From: a virus
Reading direction: 5' to 3' (one strand)
Virus record (IMG/VR): IMGVR_UViG_3300027541_000218
Location: 9,824 to 73,823 of that record
Length of the DNA stretch: 64,000 bases
The notes under the pieces are model-generated. The model did no database searches and had not been told where the DNA came from. It worked only from the letters and a program-made list of their open reading frames with translations. Of this stretch, positions 47,539-58,311 are shown piece after piece. A program made the position numbers and the translations under genes. Within the stretch, counting starts at the first letter, position 1. Every line of letters begins with the position of its first letter.

Positions 47539-50500
47539 TATGCTCTCTGACTCCTAATTCTTTGTGAATCAATATATTTAATTTCATTTATTACTGCTCT
47601 TGCAATTCCATTTGGATTAGAGTTTGTACCGCCAACTGTAATACCAACATTATAATTATACACTGTGCTTGAGTTATCTGATACAGGGGCAACTACTGTG
47701 GCGGTAGGCATAGAAGAAATATTTACAGGATTAGAAACTGCATAAACTGGCTGATTCATTTTATCCTTAATCATTGATGGATAAACAGCATCATTAATTG
47801 ACCTTAAAAATGGACGAAAAGCCTTTGCACTATTTTTATTAACTACAAATTCTCCAGGAGTAAGCATTGCTGGGACTGTATCTGAACCTTTTGCTACAAA
47901 ACCTCCATTAGGGAAATATCTAGGAACCATTCCACCAGAACTTAAATATCCTAGTATTTGCTTTCTAGCAGCAACTACCTGTGTAGAACTTAATTGAGTA
48001 CCAGGTATTTTTGGATTTGCATCAACAGTTTGTTTTGCTGCTAAATCTTTCATTGCTTGAACCGCAATTGCTTCAGATCCTCCAGAACCCATTACGTTGC
48101 CTTTTGCTGCTTGCGTTGATGCCTTACTTGCTGCTGTATTTATAATAGATTGTTGCTGTGTACTGAATGAACCAGTTACGTTTCCACCACCGCCACCACC
48201 TCCGCCTCCTCCGCCCCCTGTAGAAGCAAGAGCAGCGGCAAGTTGCATAGCAGCCTGAATAGCAGCCTGAATCTTAGAAATAATAGTATCAATTTTTCCA
48301 GCAGTACCAACTAATAAATCATTTGTCATTGTAATCACATCATTAAATTCACCCTGTTTAATTTTTTCTAAATCAAGGGCACGTTGTGCATCTGACCAAG
48401 CCTCACGCTGAACTCTAATCTTTTCCATTTCAGCAGCCTTCTGGTCGTTAATTTTTTGAAGATTAGCCTCATGTACAAGTTTTTGTTGTTCAAGATTATA
48501 AATTTGATTATTTTGAATATTATATATTAAATCTTCTGTATTTCTAATACTCAAAAGTCTTGCTTCACGCTGCTCTTCAAGAGCATAAATTTGATCTTCT
48601 TTAATGCGTATTTCTTCCTGCTTTAATGCCCTGGCTTGCTCTAATTGATAAATTTGATCTTGCTTAATAAGCATTCTTGCTTGTACCGCTTCACGCTGCT
48701 CTTCTAGGGCAAAAACTTGTTGACTAATCTGGAACTGTCTTGCTTCTACTTGTTCTCTTGTCAGACCACCTGCTGTACGTAATCCGCCTAGTTCTGCTTG
48801 ACGTGCTGCATCTAATACTCCACTAGCACGTTGTGAAGCAGCCTCTGCTGACTGTGCCCTCATTTCTTGTGCAGCCTGTGCTGCTGCAGAAATATCACCT
48901 TGTGTTAAAGCATCTGCAAGACCAATTTGTTGTTTTTGTTGTGCAATAATTTGCTGATTAATTTCAGATACTTTATTAAGTGCCTCAGCCTGAGCATCAT
49001 ACTTTTGATTAATTCCTTCAGCAACCTTATCCATCAAGGTCATTTCATTAGCAAGATCTGAAGACTCTTCTTGAAGTGCTGCTATAGGACGTTCAAAATC
49101 AACTTCAATTCCACGCTGTAGGTCATCAATTGTCTTTTGAATATCTTCAATTGGACGAGTAAATTGCATTTCAATTTCTCTTGCAGCATCATTAACTTCT
49201 TCTTGCAATGCTTCAATTGGTCTTGTTAGTTCTAACTCAATTGATCTTTGTGCTAAATCAATGCTACGTTGATATCCATCAATTTCTTTTTGTGCTGCTT
49301 GAATTGAACGCTCAATACCATTAATTGCTGTTTCTTCAACACGAATAGCATCTTCATATCTATCATTAATTTCTTCTTCAAGAATACTAAAATACTGTTC
49401 AGCCTTGTTTTGAAGATTATCAAAGAAATCACGTCTGCCTTCAGGGGTAGCCATTTGAATTTGAATCTTAATAGCCTTTTCTTGTCTAAATGAATCAAGA
49501 AGTTTCTTTACCTTTTCAGCATCTACCTTACCATCTTTAAGACCTTCTGTTAAGTATGTCATTAAGTCAGGATTGTCTAGGATAGTATTAATATCTTCTA
49601 TTTTTGCACCCATGGCTGTTAATTGTGGTATTGCTTTTGCAAAACTTTCATTTAGTTTATTTTCAGTATTGATCTTTGTAAAGAACTCTGTAATGGCTGC
49701 AGCCTTAGATTTCTTTTCAATCTGCTCCATAAGTTTTGTAAGTTTTTCTAGGTTCTCTGGTTTAATATTTCCAGTAGCAATTCCAAGCGCAACAGTTGAA
49801 TCGCTTGCATACTTTAGTGCTGTGGCTGCATCAAATCCTGCTTTTTTAAGAATATTAAATGCTTTTGCTTGTGCCCAAAGTTCTTCGTTTTGTCCTTGTA
49901 GTGCTTCAAGAGCCTTTTGGAATGGAGATTTTTCACCAGTGCCAGTGCCCTGTCCTTCTTTGTTTTTCTTTTCTGCTTCTGTTACTTTATTAACTGATTC
50001 AAAATATTTATCATATAATTTAGTTAATTGTAAAATACCTCTAGATCTAGTTTTAGAATCATTAGAAGATAAAGCCTTTAATATTCCACTTTCTTTATCT
50101 AATAAACCAGCGCTAATGAGTGCTAGAGCCATCATCTGTTGTTTAGCAGAATAAAGATTCTTTAAAAATGCTCCTGCATCAACATTTAACTCTTTAAAGA
50201 CTTTAGTCAAAATAAGTTGTCTTTGTGCTGCATCAAGACTATAAATTCTTTGATTTACTGAACTTAACATATTTTGATACTGTTCTCCAGTAATAATTCC
50301 AGATTCAAACATAGTTGCTGCAGACTTGCTTGTAGTTGCTATAAATGATGATAGGTTTGCCGTTTGTCTTTCTAATTCTTTTGTAGGAACTAGTTTTTCT
50401 ACTAATTCTATGCCACCTGATGCAGATGGGGCATATGTAAATACTTTATCAAATCCCTTTTTATATTTATCCTGAAATACTTTTAGGTTGGCATCTAAAG

Positions 50501-53500
50501 CAGTGCCCATTTCCTTAAGTCCAGCCTCATCAAACTTAAGAGATTTAACATCAATCTTTATATCAGTTTGACCAGACTCTTCACGTAGAGCATCGATAAT
50601 TGTTTGAACTTGTTCTTTTGCAAATCCCCTAGACTGTAAATCTATAGCAAGAGACTGAAATGCAAGTTTTGCTTCTTCATTGCTTGCAGTTCTAAATGAT
50701 TCAATTTGAGTTTTAAACTCTTTTTGGAATCCTTCATCCTGTCTTAATCTATCACGCTCAGATCTAGTTTGTGCTCCTACAACTTCACGATTACGTAAAT
50801 CTGCACGAGATTCAAAGGCAGACCTTCCAGCAACTACTCCAAAGAAATCTCCAAGAGTTTTTGCCTGTTCTGCAGTAACACGCATAGCCTCAGAAAGACC
50901 ATATGTTGCTAATCTTTCCTTTTCTTTTTCAGCATTAAGTTTCTTTACAATAGCATATAAACCAGTAACTACTGTAATTCCTATACCTATTGGACCTAAG
51001 AATCTTGCAATAATACCGCCAAATCTTAATAGGTTAGGAATAATTTTTTTAAGTCCACCAGCAAATAATCCTGGAACCATACTAAACTTCTTTGTACTAA
51101 TATTTTGAACAAGAAGACCTGCTGTTGCTGCTCTAGTAGCAGCCAATTCTAATATTTTTTGCTGTGTTAGTAGTTGGGTTACAGACATTAATGCAAATAG
51201 TAGACCAGAGTATTTAAATACTGCTTGAGATAATTCTCCAAGTTTACCGCCAGCCATTGATCCAGCACCTGCAAGACTTGTTAGAGCAAATGTTCCAGTC
51301 ATAAGAACTCTATTCATTGAGTCCATACGCTGTTGCATTGTTTTACGTGCTGCTATTTCCCCTTCAATTGCCTTCTTTGTTTCTTGATTAATAGCAGAAC
51401 CTTGCGTTACGTTAGATATTGGGGCACTTGGTGTAACTGGTACACGAAGTGGTTTGCCTCCTGGACCCAAGAGACCAGTGTCTCTCATTTGTGTAACTGC
51501 ACCCTGTGTAACTGCTCCTGCAGCCATTGCAACATCGTCAGCCTGATTCATCATTCCAACAGAAAGACCACGAGCAATATCTTCTCCAATTGGAATAGTT
51601 CTCTTAGATGGAGATTGTGTTTGTGCAGCCTGCGCTGTTGCCATTACTGTTTGATTTACAATATCTTGCGCTGCTGCTGTAACTGGAGCAAATGACTGCT
51701 GACCTCTAAATCTTGCCTGTGTAAGCGTTTGTCTAGCAGTTTGTCTTTGCTGTTCTGTTCTATATCCAACACCAGCCTGTTGTGCAGGATTTTGCATTAA
51801 ATAATCTGTAGCAGCAATGGCTCCCTTTGCCTGTGGAATAAATGATGTAGATAGTTTTGCCATTGAGTCTGTTGATGAAAGCATACGCTCAAGGACTTGT
51901 TTTTGAACCATTAATTCTTGTTCAGTTAAAGCGATATTATTAGTAATTTTTTCTCTAATAGATTTAACAATTGTTTCATCAGCATTTATCTCTTCAAGAT
52001 TTTTTAAATATTCATTGCGAGTAGATGTTGAAGAATCTAGAATATTGCTTACTTGATTTAAAGTTGATGATTGTGCAATCCAAGCATTTGGATCCCATGC
52101 TTCATCAAACATTTTATCAATATTATCTTGCATTTCAATAACATGTGCTCTATGAACTTCTCCAGACTGAGCAATAGCATTTAAAACATTTTGTGTTTTC
52201 TTATCTGTTTTTGTTAAATCTATACCAAGTTCTGTATAGTATTCACGAATTGCTTCTTGTGCTACACGGCTAGATTCTTTTGCTCTAACTAATTCTTCTT
52301 CTAGAGCAGCATTTCCTGCTACTTGCTGCTCCATTGTGCCAACATTAGTTTGTCCAGCACTAAACTTTCTTTCTCCTCTGCCAGCAGCAAGAAATACTTC
52401 TTTTGGAATAACAGATCCAGTTAATTCTTTTGTAACAAGGTCTAGTTCTCTGGTAAATGATCCAATACTAATCTTAGTATCATTTGCCATTCTTGATAAA
52501 GTTTCTTGAACAATTTCTAATGCATTTTCAATACCCATACCCTCTGCAAGCATTGCATCAATAAGTTTTTGTGCTTTAGCAGCAGTATCTCGTCTAGCAA
52601 AGTCTAATCCTGTTGAACTTCCACCAACACTAACAGTACCTGCCATAAATCCTGGAATATTTCCAGCAATCATTCCTTGAATTAGTGGTGCATATTGTTT
52701 TGCTCTATCTTTTGGAATAATTGCTTCTCCAGGAGTAAGCATTGCGGGAACTGTATCCCTATTGCCACTTCCAGGAACTACTGTTATACCATTATTATAT
52801 TTCCTTGGTGGTATCATCATTCCAGGATTTTGCATTGCAAACTGTGCCCCAGCATTTGCAGCAGCACGATAAGCCTGGATTAATTGATTAATTGCTCCAA
52901 CTTCAGCGGTAAATGTTTGTGTTAGTCTTGCGTGTGACTGATCAAGGGAGTGTGAAGCAGCAGCAGCGTTAACCTGCTCCATTGTCAAATAATCTGTTTG
53001 TTCTCCAAGTATTTGTGTTTGACCAGTTAATCTTAAATATCCATTACGAAGAATCATTGCACCCTTGACAATGTTTGCAAGTCCGTTTGCAAGCAAACCA
53101 AATGTCATAAGTGCAACTGGACCAATAGCACCAATAGCAACTGTTAGTACTACAATTGCTTTCTTTACTCCAGATGAAAGGTTGTTAAACTTCTCTAATA
53201 TGCCACCAATAAATTCTACAATTGGTGTGACTGCTTCTAAAAATGTTTGACCAACTGGAATCAAAGACATTTTTAAGTCTTCTACAGACTTACGGAATTT
53301 ATTCATAGCAGAGTCAGCAGTCATTCCTAATTCTGACTCAGATAGTGCAGCAAGATCTTCAATTGATGTACCTGCTAAATCAAGTACACGAGCAGCCTGA
53401 CCAGTCTGATTTGTAACATTATCAAACAAAGTAGATAGACGAGCAAACTGGAATTTACCAAATAACTGTTCAATAGCACGAGCACGAGTTAATGGATCAA

Positions 53501-54785
53501 GTGTGTCTAGAGCCTGTGCAAAAGCAATTACTGTTCCTTTAAGATCTCCCTTATTTGCCTCAACAATTTTTTTAATATTAATACCCATACTTGCAAGCAT
53601 TTCTGCTGCTTTTTCAGTTGGATTAATAAGAGATGCAAGACCAGACTTGAGTGCGTTTGCACCTTCTGATGCATTAACACCGCCTTCTTTCATGGCTGCC
53701 ATAAAGAATGCTAAATCTTTTACATCTCCGCCAAGTTGTTGAATAACTGGAGCAACTTTAGGAATAGCAGTTGTAATATCATCAAGAGATACGACTGTTT
53801 GGTTTTCTACTGCGTTAAGAAAGTCAATGGATCCAGCAAGATCTTCAGACGACATTTTAAATGCATTTTGCAAAGAAATTGTAGTCTCAAGAGCCTTCTG
53901 GTTTTCAATTTGACCAAGAACAGAAAGTCGTGTTGCTTGTGTAGTCTGTCGCTGTAAATCTATACCCTGGAAACCTGCTGCTGCTGCTTCTGCTGCTAAA
54001 CCAACAGTATCAGATACAGCAATTCCATATTTTGTAAACATTTCCCCAAGGGCAGTAATATCAGCAAGCGCTTGTTGTGTTTCTGCTTTTGGTGTAAATA
54101 AATCTCCATATACTTTTCTAAACTTAAGTGCTGCTGCTTCCATTTCCATAAATGTTCTTGCAGCAGTTGTTCCCAAAGTAGCAAGAGGTAAAGTAAAACC
54201 AACCATCAACTGGCGACCAGCCCATTGCGTATTCTTACCAAAGTTTAGAAGATTTGTAGATCCTTGTCTGACTAACTGATTAAATAAAGCCTGTCTTTGT
54301 GCTGCAATTTGGGTCTGTGTAGACCAATTCTTCATATCTAATTCGTTTGGAATTACTGCGATAGCCTTCATCGCACCAGTAGTATCACGACCTAGTTTAA
54401 TGTATTGTGTTTGTAGTTTCTTAACACGATCTTCGGCTACCTTGCCGATTGTGTCAAATTCAGACCTGAATAATTTGCCAAATGTTTTTGTTGCGCCTCC
54501 CGCATAGCGGAAGTATTCACGCATTGAAAACTTATTTTTTTCTAATGAATCAGTAAATGACTCCGAAGTAGTTTTAACAGTACGGAGTTCTGCAGAGAAG
54601 GCACCAAGAGAATTTACACTATTGATGAAGTTTCTCTGCAGATCCCGCTGTGCTAATGCAGCAGTTTCACTGCTTTTTGCAATAGAACTGTGAAATTGAG
54701 ATATCTGACGTTGTAACGACTTAAGTTGCGCTAATGCTTGCGTCGTATCAATATTAACGCCAATATTAGCATTAACGTCAGCCAT
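47538..54785 (-). CDS. Tape measure protein
   Basis: 2415 aa, helical and Ala-rich, TP901-type core, hydrophobic segments, internal repeats. Confidence 0.93.
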   Translation of the reverse strand: MADVNANIGVNIDTTQALAQLKSLQRQISQFHSSIAKSSETAALAQRDLQRNFINSVNSLGAFSAELRTVKTTSESFTDSLEKNKFSMREYFRYAGGATKTFGKLFRSEFDTIGKVAEDRVKKLQTQYIKLGRDTTGAMKAIAVIPNELDMKNWSTQTQIAAQRQALFNQLVRQGSTNLLNFGKNTQWAGRQLMVGFTLPLATLGTTAARTFMEMEAAALKFRKVYGDLFTPKAETQQALADITALGEMFTKYGIAVSDTVGLAAEAAAAGFQGIDLQRQTTQATRLSVLGQIENQKALETTISLQNAFKMSSEDLAGSIDFLNAVENQTVVSLDDITTAIPKVAPVIQQLGGDVKDLAFFMAAMKEGGVNASEGANALKSGLASLINPTEKAAEMLASMGINIKKIVEANKGDLKGTVIAFAQALDTLDPLTRARAIEQLFGKFQFARLSTLFDNVTNQTGQAARVLDLAGTSIEDLAALSESELGMTADSAMNKFRKSVEDLKMSLIPVGQTFLEAVTPIVEFIGGILEKFNNLSSGVKKAIVVLTVAIGAIGPVALMTFGLLANGLANIVKGAMILRNGYLRLTGQTQILGEQTDYLTMEQVNAAAASHSLDQSHARLTQTFTAEVGAINQLIQAYRAAANAGAQFAMQNPGMMIPPRKYNNGITVVPGSGNRDTVPAMLTPGEAIIPKDRAKQYAPLIQGMIAGNIPGFMAGTVSVGGSSTGLDFARRDTAAKAQKLIDAMLAEGMGIENALEIVQETLSRMANDTKISIGSFTRELDLVTKELTGSVIPKEVFLAAGRGERKFSAGQTNVGTMEQQVAGNAALEEELVRAKESSRVAQEAIREYYTELGIDLTKTDKKTQNVLNAIAQSGEVHRAHVIEMQDNIDKMFDEAWDPNAWIAQSSTLNQVSNILDSSTSTRNEYLKNLEEINADETIVKSIREKITNNIALTEQELMVQKQVLERMLSSTDSMAKLSTSFIPQAKGAIAATDYLMQNPAQQAGVGYRTEQQRQTARQTLTQARFRGQQSFAPVTAAAQDIVNQTVMATAQAAQTQSPSKRTIPIGEDIARGLSVGMMNQADDVAMAAGAVTQGAVTQMRDTGLLGPGGKPLRVPVTPSAPISNVTQGSAINQETKKAIEGEIAARKTMQQRMDSMNRVLMTGTFALTSLAGAGSMAGGKLGELSQAVFKYSGLLFALMSVTQLLTQQKILELAATRAATAGLLVQNISTKKFSMVPGLFAGGLKKIIPNLLRFGGIIARFLGPIGIGITVVTGLYAIVKKLNAEKEKERLATYGLSEAMRVTAEQAKTLGDFFGVVAGRSAFESRADLRNREVVGAQTRSERDRLRQDEGFQKEFKTQIESFRTASNEEAKLAFQSLAIDLQSRGFAKEQVQTIIDALREESGQTDIKIDVKSLKFDEAGLKEMGTALDANLKVFQDKYKKGFDKVFTYAPSASGGIELVEKLVPTKELERQTANLSSFIATTSKSAATMFESGIITGEQYQNMLSSVNQRIYSLDAAQRQLILTKVFKELNVDAGAFLKNLYSAKQQMMALALISAGLLDKESGILKALSSNDSKTRSRGILQLTKLYDKYFESVNKVTEAEKKNKEGQGTGTGEKSPFQKALEALQGQNEELWAQAKAFNILKKAGFDAATALKYASDSTVALGIATGNIKPENLEKLTKLMEQIEKKSKAAAITEFFTKINTENKLNESFAKAIPQLTAMGAKIEDINTILDNPDLMTYLTEGLKDGKVDAEKVKKLLDSFRQEKAIKIQIQMATPEGRRDFFDNLQNKAEQYFSILEEEINDRYEDAIRVEETAINGIERSIQAAQKEIDGYQRSIDLAQRSIELELTRPIEALQEEVNDAAREIEMQFTRPIEDIQKTIDDLQRGIEVDFERPIAALQEESSDLANEMTLMDKVAEGINQKYDAQAEALNKVSEINQQIIAQQKQQIGLADALTQGDISAAAQAAQEMRAQSAEAASQRASGVLDAARQAELGGLRTAGGLTREQVEARQFQISQQVFALEEQREAVQARMLIKQDQIYQLEQARALKQEEIRIKEDQIYALEEQREARLLSIRNTEDLIYNIQNNQIYNLEQQKLVHEANLQKINDQKAAEMEKIRVQREAWSDAQRALDLEKIKQGEFNDVITMTNDLLVGTAGKIDTIISKIQAAIQAAMQLAAALASTGGGGGGGGGGGGNVTGSFSTQQQSIINTAASKASTQAAKGNVMGSGGSEAIAVQAMKDLAAKQTVDANPKIPGTQLSSTQVVAARKQILGYLSSGGMVPRYFPNGGFVAKGSDTVPAMLTPGEFVVNKNSAKAFRPFLRSINDAVYPSMIKDKMNQPVYAVSNPVNISSMPTATVVAPVSDNSSTVYNYNVGITVGGTNSNPNGIARAVINEIKYIDSQRIRSQRA

Positions 54786-54809
54786 TTATTTACACCTCGT
54801 TCTTAAGTT

Positions 54810-55130
54810 TTATTCTGTTGCTGAAAGAGCGTCAGCGACTGTAGCAAGTGTTACACCTGATGCAGCCTCTACGATCTTATAGACAGTTGGCAAATCTAGA
54901 ACCTCTTCTAGTTTTGCAGTATCTGCCAATTCTGGCTTATACTGTTCCATAGCGATTTTTACACATTCAATAAGAAGAGTCATTGACTTTTCATTATCAT
55001 CCGCCACTGCCGCAACACCCTCAAACTTCTTCATAAAAGGACGAAGAAGAGAGATTTTTAAAGGACGAACTTCGATTTTTGTACCATCCATCAGTACTAG
55101 TTCTTGAGTTTCGTGCTTAGTCGTTGCCAT
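54810..55130 (-). CDS. Tail assembly chaperone, short form (G-like)
   Basis: Directly upstream of tape measure; paralog of the N-half of 55177..55860. Confidence 0.75.
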   Translation of the reverse strand: MATTKHETQELVLMDGTKIEVRPLKISLLRPFMKKFEGVAAVADDNEKSMTLLIECVKIAMEQYKPELADTAKLEEVLDLPTVYKIVEAASGVTLATVADALSATE

Positions 55131-55176
55131 TTTACCTCCTAATTAGGTTATGTTAATTATATCAGATAAGGGCTTA

Positions 55177-55860
55177 TTACGTTAAATTTTCGTAATCTAA
55201 TCCCATACCAATTCCAAAACCATATTTTTTTGCATTTTGTCCTTGTAAGGCTAATACATCATTACTATCACTTGTAGCACCCTTACTAAATACCCTGGCT
55301 TTCATGTCTTCCCACTCTTTTTGACCACGTTGTGGGTCAGATGCTCCATCTAAATCTATGCCCTGAATTGCTGCTAAAAATTTTCTTTCCTCATAGTCTA
55401 GTTCTCTTTTACTTCCAAGAGTAGCCATAAGTTCTGGCATAGATAATGAAGACTCTAGTTCCTGATAATCTTTCCAAATACCCAGCACAAATACTTCAGC
55501 CTCTAACTTTGCTAAATCTAACTCTTGCCAGGTAGATCCTTTTTGTATGGCTTGATCTTTAACAGAATCATCAACTTCTTTATTTATTTTAATACCAGCA
55601 GCAATATCAATAATTTTATAAACAGTAGGAAGATCTAAATAGTCATCTGCATTTTTTGCTATTTCAGGATAGTATTGTTTCATACAAATACAGGCACACT
55701 TAGTTAAGACTTCTATAGCCTCATCATCATTTGTTGCATTTTTCATTGACTGAAACTCTAACATAAATTCTCTTAGATATTTAATCTTAAGAGGAATTAT
55801 TTCTAACTCTCTACCGTCAATCAAAAATATATTATCTTTACCATATACTTCTGTAGCCAT
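55177..55860 (-). CDS. Tail assembly chaperone, long form (GT-like)
   Basis: Between tail tube and tape measure; G-like domain plus ~120-aa extension. Confidence 0.75.
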   Translation of the reverse strand: MATEVYGKDNIFLIDGRELEIIPLKIKYLREFMLEFQSMKNATNDDEAIEVLTKCACICMKQYYPEIAKNADDYLDLPTVYKIIDIAAGIKINKEVDDSVKDQAIQKGSTWQELDLAKLEAEVFVLGIWKDYQELESSLSMPELMATLGSKRELDYEERKFLAAIQGIDLDGASDPQRGQKEWEDMKARVFSKGATSDSNDVLALQGQNAKKYGFGIGMGLDYENLT

Positions 55861-55884
55861 TTTATCTATTCTATCACAACAACA

Positions 55885-55907
55885 AAGCCCACCGCATGGG
55901 TGGGCTT
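55885..55907 (-). terminator. Terminator after the major tail gene
   Basis: AAGCCCACC-loop-GGTGGGCTT. Confidence 0.7.
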
Positions 55908-55930
55908 GTCGTTAATCTAATTTAAGATTA

Positions 55931-56566
55931 TTATGATGCTGGGGTCCAAGTACGATCTACGATCTTACCGTATGACGCTGAAGCATCTTCAGGAAGAAGA
56001 CGGAAGGAAACTTCGAACATCGAAGGTTCATCACGCTTTGCGGATACTGTTACATTCTCAATTGAGAGTGCACGATATGCTGCGTAAACACGCTCTACAT
56101 ATGCAGAGTCAGCGCAGTCTCCAGTTCCAGGTCCAACAGCAACAATTCCACGCTCAACTGGACATTCTCCAATGTCACCTGCTGAGAGGTTAAGAGTTTG
56201 TCCTGCTGAAGTGGACTTTGTTCCTGATAGATCATCAGAATTGTAAGCAAGAGCCAAGAGAAGGTTCTCAAGGGTAGCCTCAGCAAAAGCAGTTGCAAGA
56301 TTTACTTGCATACCCTGCTTGTACAACTTAGCAACGTCAAGAATCTGGTCAACCTGTACTTCACCGAAGTCTGGTTGGAACTGCAATTCAAGACCGTTCA
56401 TGGTATAACCTACGTTTGTAAAATCTACATCATCAGCAAGGGTTTCCTTGTATGATTCAGATGATACGAATGCAGGCAATGTACCTGCTGTCAATGTTGT
56501 ATCAGCAACAAAGAGAGCGGCTGCACCAACGATAATGTTGGTCGATGTACCACGAGTATATGCCAT
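55931..56566 (-). CDS. Major tail (tube) protein
   Basis: NVGYTMNGLE, AEATLENL; position, strong SD and downstream terminator. Confidence 0.85.
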   Translation of the reverse strand: MAYTRGTSTNIIVGAAALFVADTTLTAGTLPAFVSSESYKETLADDVDFTNVGYTMNGLELQFQPDFGEVQVDQILDVAKLYKQGMQVNLATAFAEATLENLLLALAYNSDDLSGTKSTSAGQTLNLSAGDIGECPVERGIVAVGPGTGDCADSAYVERVYAAYRALSIENVTVSAKRDEPSMFEVSFRLLPEDASASYGKIVDRTWTPAS

Positions 56567-56643
56567 ATTTTTTCACCTCTACTTTCAATAGAATCTATAT
56601 GAAGTTTTTGGCGGGTTTCCTCACCATAAGTATAACAGCATTT

Positions 56644-57183
56644 TTAATTATAGTAGGATTGGGAAGAGTGATAATCATACTCAATAATCAGTTTATTTGA
56701 ATATACCGTCCTGGCTGAGGCTAGTTCTAGGATATCTCTAGTCTCATCTGCCTGATAAACACGGCTATTGTGAAAAAATACATTTCGTCCATCTGGAAAT
56801 TCGGCTGGATTGTTATTTATCCATTTATTTAAGTCCTGAGCAGAAGCGTCCTCACGATCCATGCAGTCAGTTATAATTCTATGTGCGTCAGATACTTTGC
56901 TTAAGTCTGTGCAATATAAATAATAGATTAGTTGTTCACGTTTGCGGGGATAAAAAGGACCAACCCTAAATCTTACAAGACGCTCATATTGAATAAGCAG
57001 AGGATCTCCAACTCCAGGCGCTCCGATATAATTTTTAAAAACATCCTCTATATTTGTTGGACTTGTTGGAAAAATAGGAATCATTTGTTCATATCCACTC
57101 AAGATACCGAAGTCTGTAAGTTGACCATTAATATATTTATTAACATAATATGGAGGAAACGCTGTTTGATTTACATTTGCCAT
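56644..57183 (-). CDS. Tail terminator candidate
   Basis: Synteny upstream of the tail tube gene. Confidence 0.55.
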   Translation of the reverse strand: MANVNQTAFPPYYVNKYINGQLTDFGILSGYEQMIPIFPTSPTNIEDVFKNYIGAPGVGDPLLIQYERLVRFRVGPFYPRKREQLIYYLYCTDLSKVSDAHRIITDCMDREDASAQDLNKWINNNPAEFPDGRNVFFHNSRVYQADETRDILELASARTVYSNKLIIEYDYHSSQSYYN

Positions 57184-57187
57184 AATC

Positions 57188-57862
57188 TTATTCTACCTCA
57201 ACCTTTGCATTTGTAATCCATTTAAATCCAGTAGATACTCCAACGCTCTTACCGCCTTTTGCTCCAGCGGCAAAATTCTTTTTGTATATTCTAGGATTAG
57301 ATATATAATCAATTAGACCGCTTGCTCTTAAAAATCCTTGTGTAAAATAATTTCTCATAAATTCATCAAATGTTCTTTCAAATGAACCCTGAACTTCTTC
57401 TCCTCCAGGATTACGAACATTAACTGGTCTCCGTGTAAAAACTTCTTCCCCGCCTGCTCTGAATCTTAATGCAGTTCTTTTTGGTTTAATTAAAACAGGA
57501 ATACCATTTTCCATAATTGATGCCTTGTTATAAAATGGAACAGTTCCGTCTTCAGCAACAGTTCTTGATTGTCTAAATGTAGAATTAATTGATAATCCAA
57601 GATTGCTTACGGTATAGTCAATATCAAATAATCTTGCTGACGGGCTGCCAGTTTGATACCATTCATAAACATGGTGTAAAGCGCTACTATTTGCTTTTGC
57701 TTCAACATCTATATATCTACCTAAAGTATATATAACGCCTTTGCCCATATTATCTAAAAATATTTTTTTACCCTTATTAACCCCATCAAGAAAGCCAATA
57801 GAATAATTAGCAATATTTAAAATCTGTTTTTCAAAATCGTTAGTAGTCAGTGATACTCTCAT
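57188..57862 (-). CDS. Neck/tail completion protein candidate
   Basis: Synteny; motifs ENG and VRNPGG. Confidence 0.55.
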   Translation of the reverse strand: MRVSLTTNDFEKQILNIANYSIGFLDGVNKGKKIFLDNMGKGVIYTLGRYIDVEAKANSSALHHVYEWYQTGSPSARLFDIDYTVSNLGLSINSTFRQSRTVAEDGTVPFYNKASIMENGIPVLIKPKRTALRFRAGGEEVFTRRPVNVRNPGGEEVQGSFERTFDEFMRNYFTQGFLRASGLIDYISNPRIYKKNFAAGAKGGKSVGVSTGFKWITNAKVEVE

Positions 57863-58311
57863 TAGTCATTAACATCCTGATTATCTGATCTACGCCACAT
57901 CATTTTATAATACTCAATGTCTCCAAATGGACCAATAAAAGGTTCTAGCGTTCCAACCTCATAGATAGTTCCTTTACCTGTTCTTGGACCTGCTGTTTCT
58001 TTATAAATAATAAGATCGTTAGAACTTCTAATGTTAGTAATCAGTATATTTGTTTCTGCATAAGGTTCATTAGTTGATGATACTCTAAGATCATTTTTTG
58101 TTCTAGATACTAGTTTATCTTTATATTGAATAAATATTTCAGGCTTGATTTCTTCTGTACCTGCCCCGCCAACTGGCGTAGCATTGCAGACAACAGTTCT
58201 GTCAAATACCCAATTTTTGTTAGCCTGACCGTATTGATTTTGCGTAATAATAGGATAATAAATATCAGCCTTCATTGGGTATAAAAAATCTGTTGTCTCG
58301 CAAGAGTTCAT
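57862..58311 (-). CDS. Head closure protein candidate
   Basis: Synteny; NQYGQ motif. Confidence 0.55.
   Translation of the reverse strand: MNSCETTDFLYPMKADIYYPIITQNQYGQANKNWVFDRTVVCNATPVGGAGTEEIKPEIFIQYKDKLVSRTKNDLRVSSTNEPYAETNILITNIRSSNDLIIYKETAGPRTGKGTIYEVGTLEPFIGPFGDIEYYKMMWRRSDNQDVND

Noticed and set aside
55130-55600. Programmed -1 frameshift in the tail chaperone
   Set aside because: No slippery heptamer seen at the domain boundary; the long form is a single frame.
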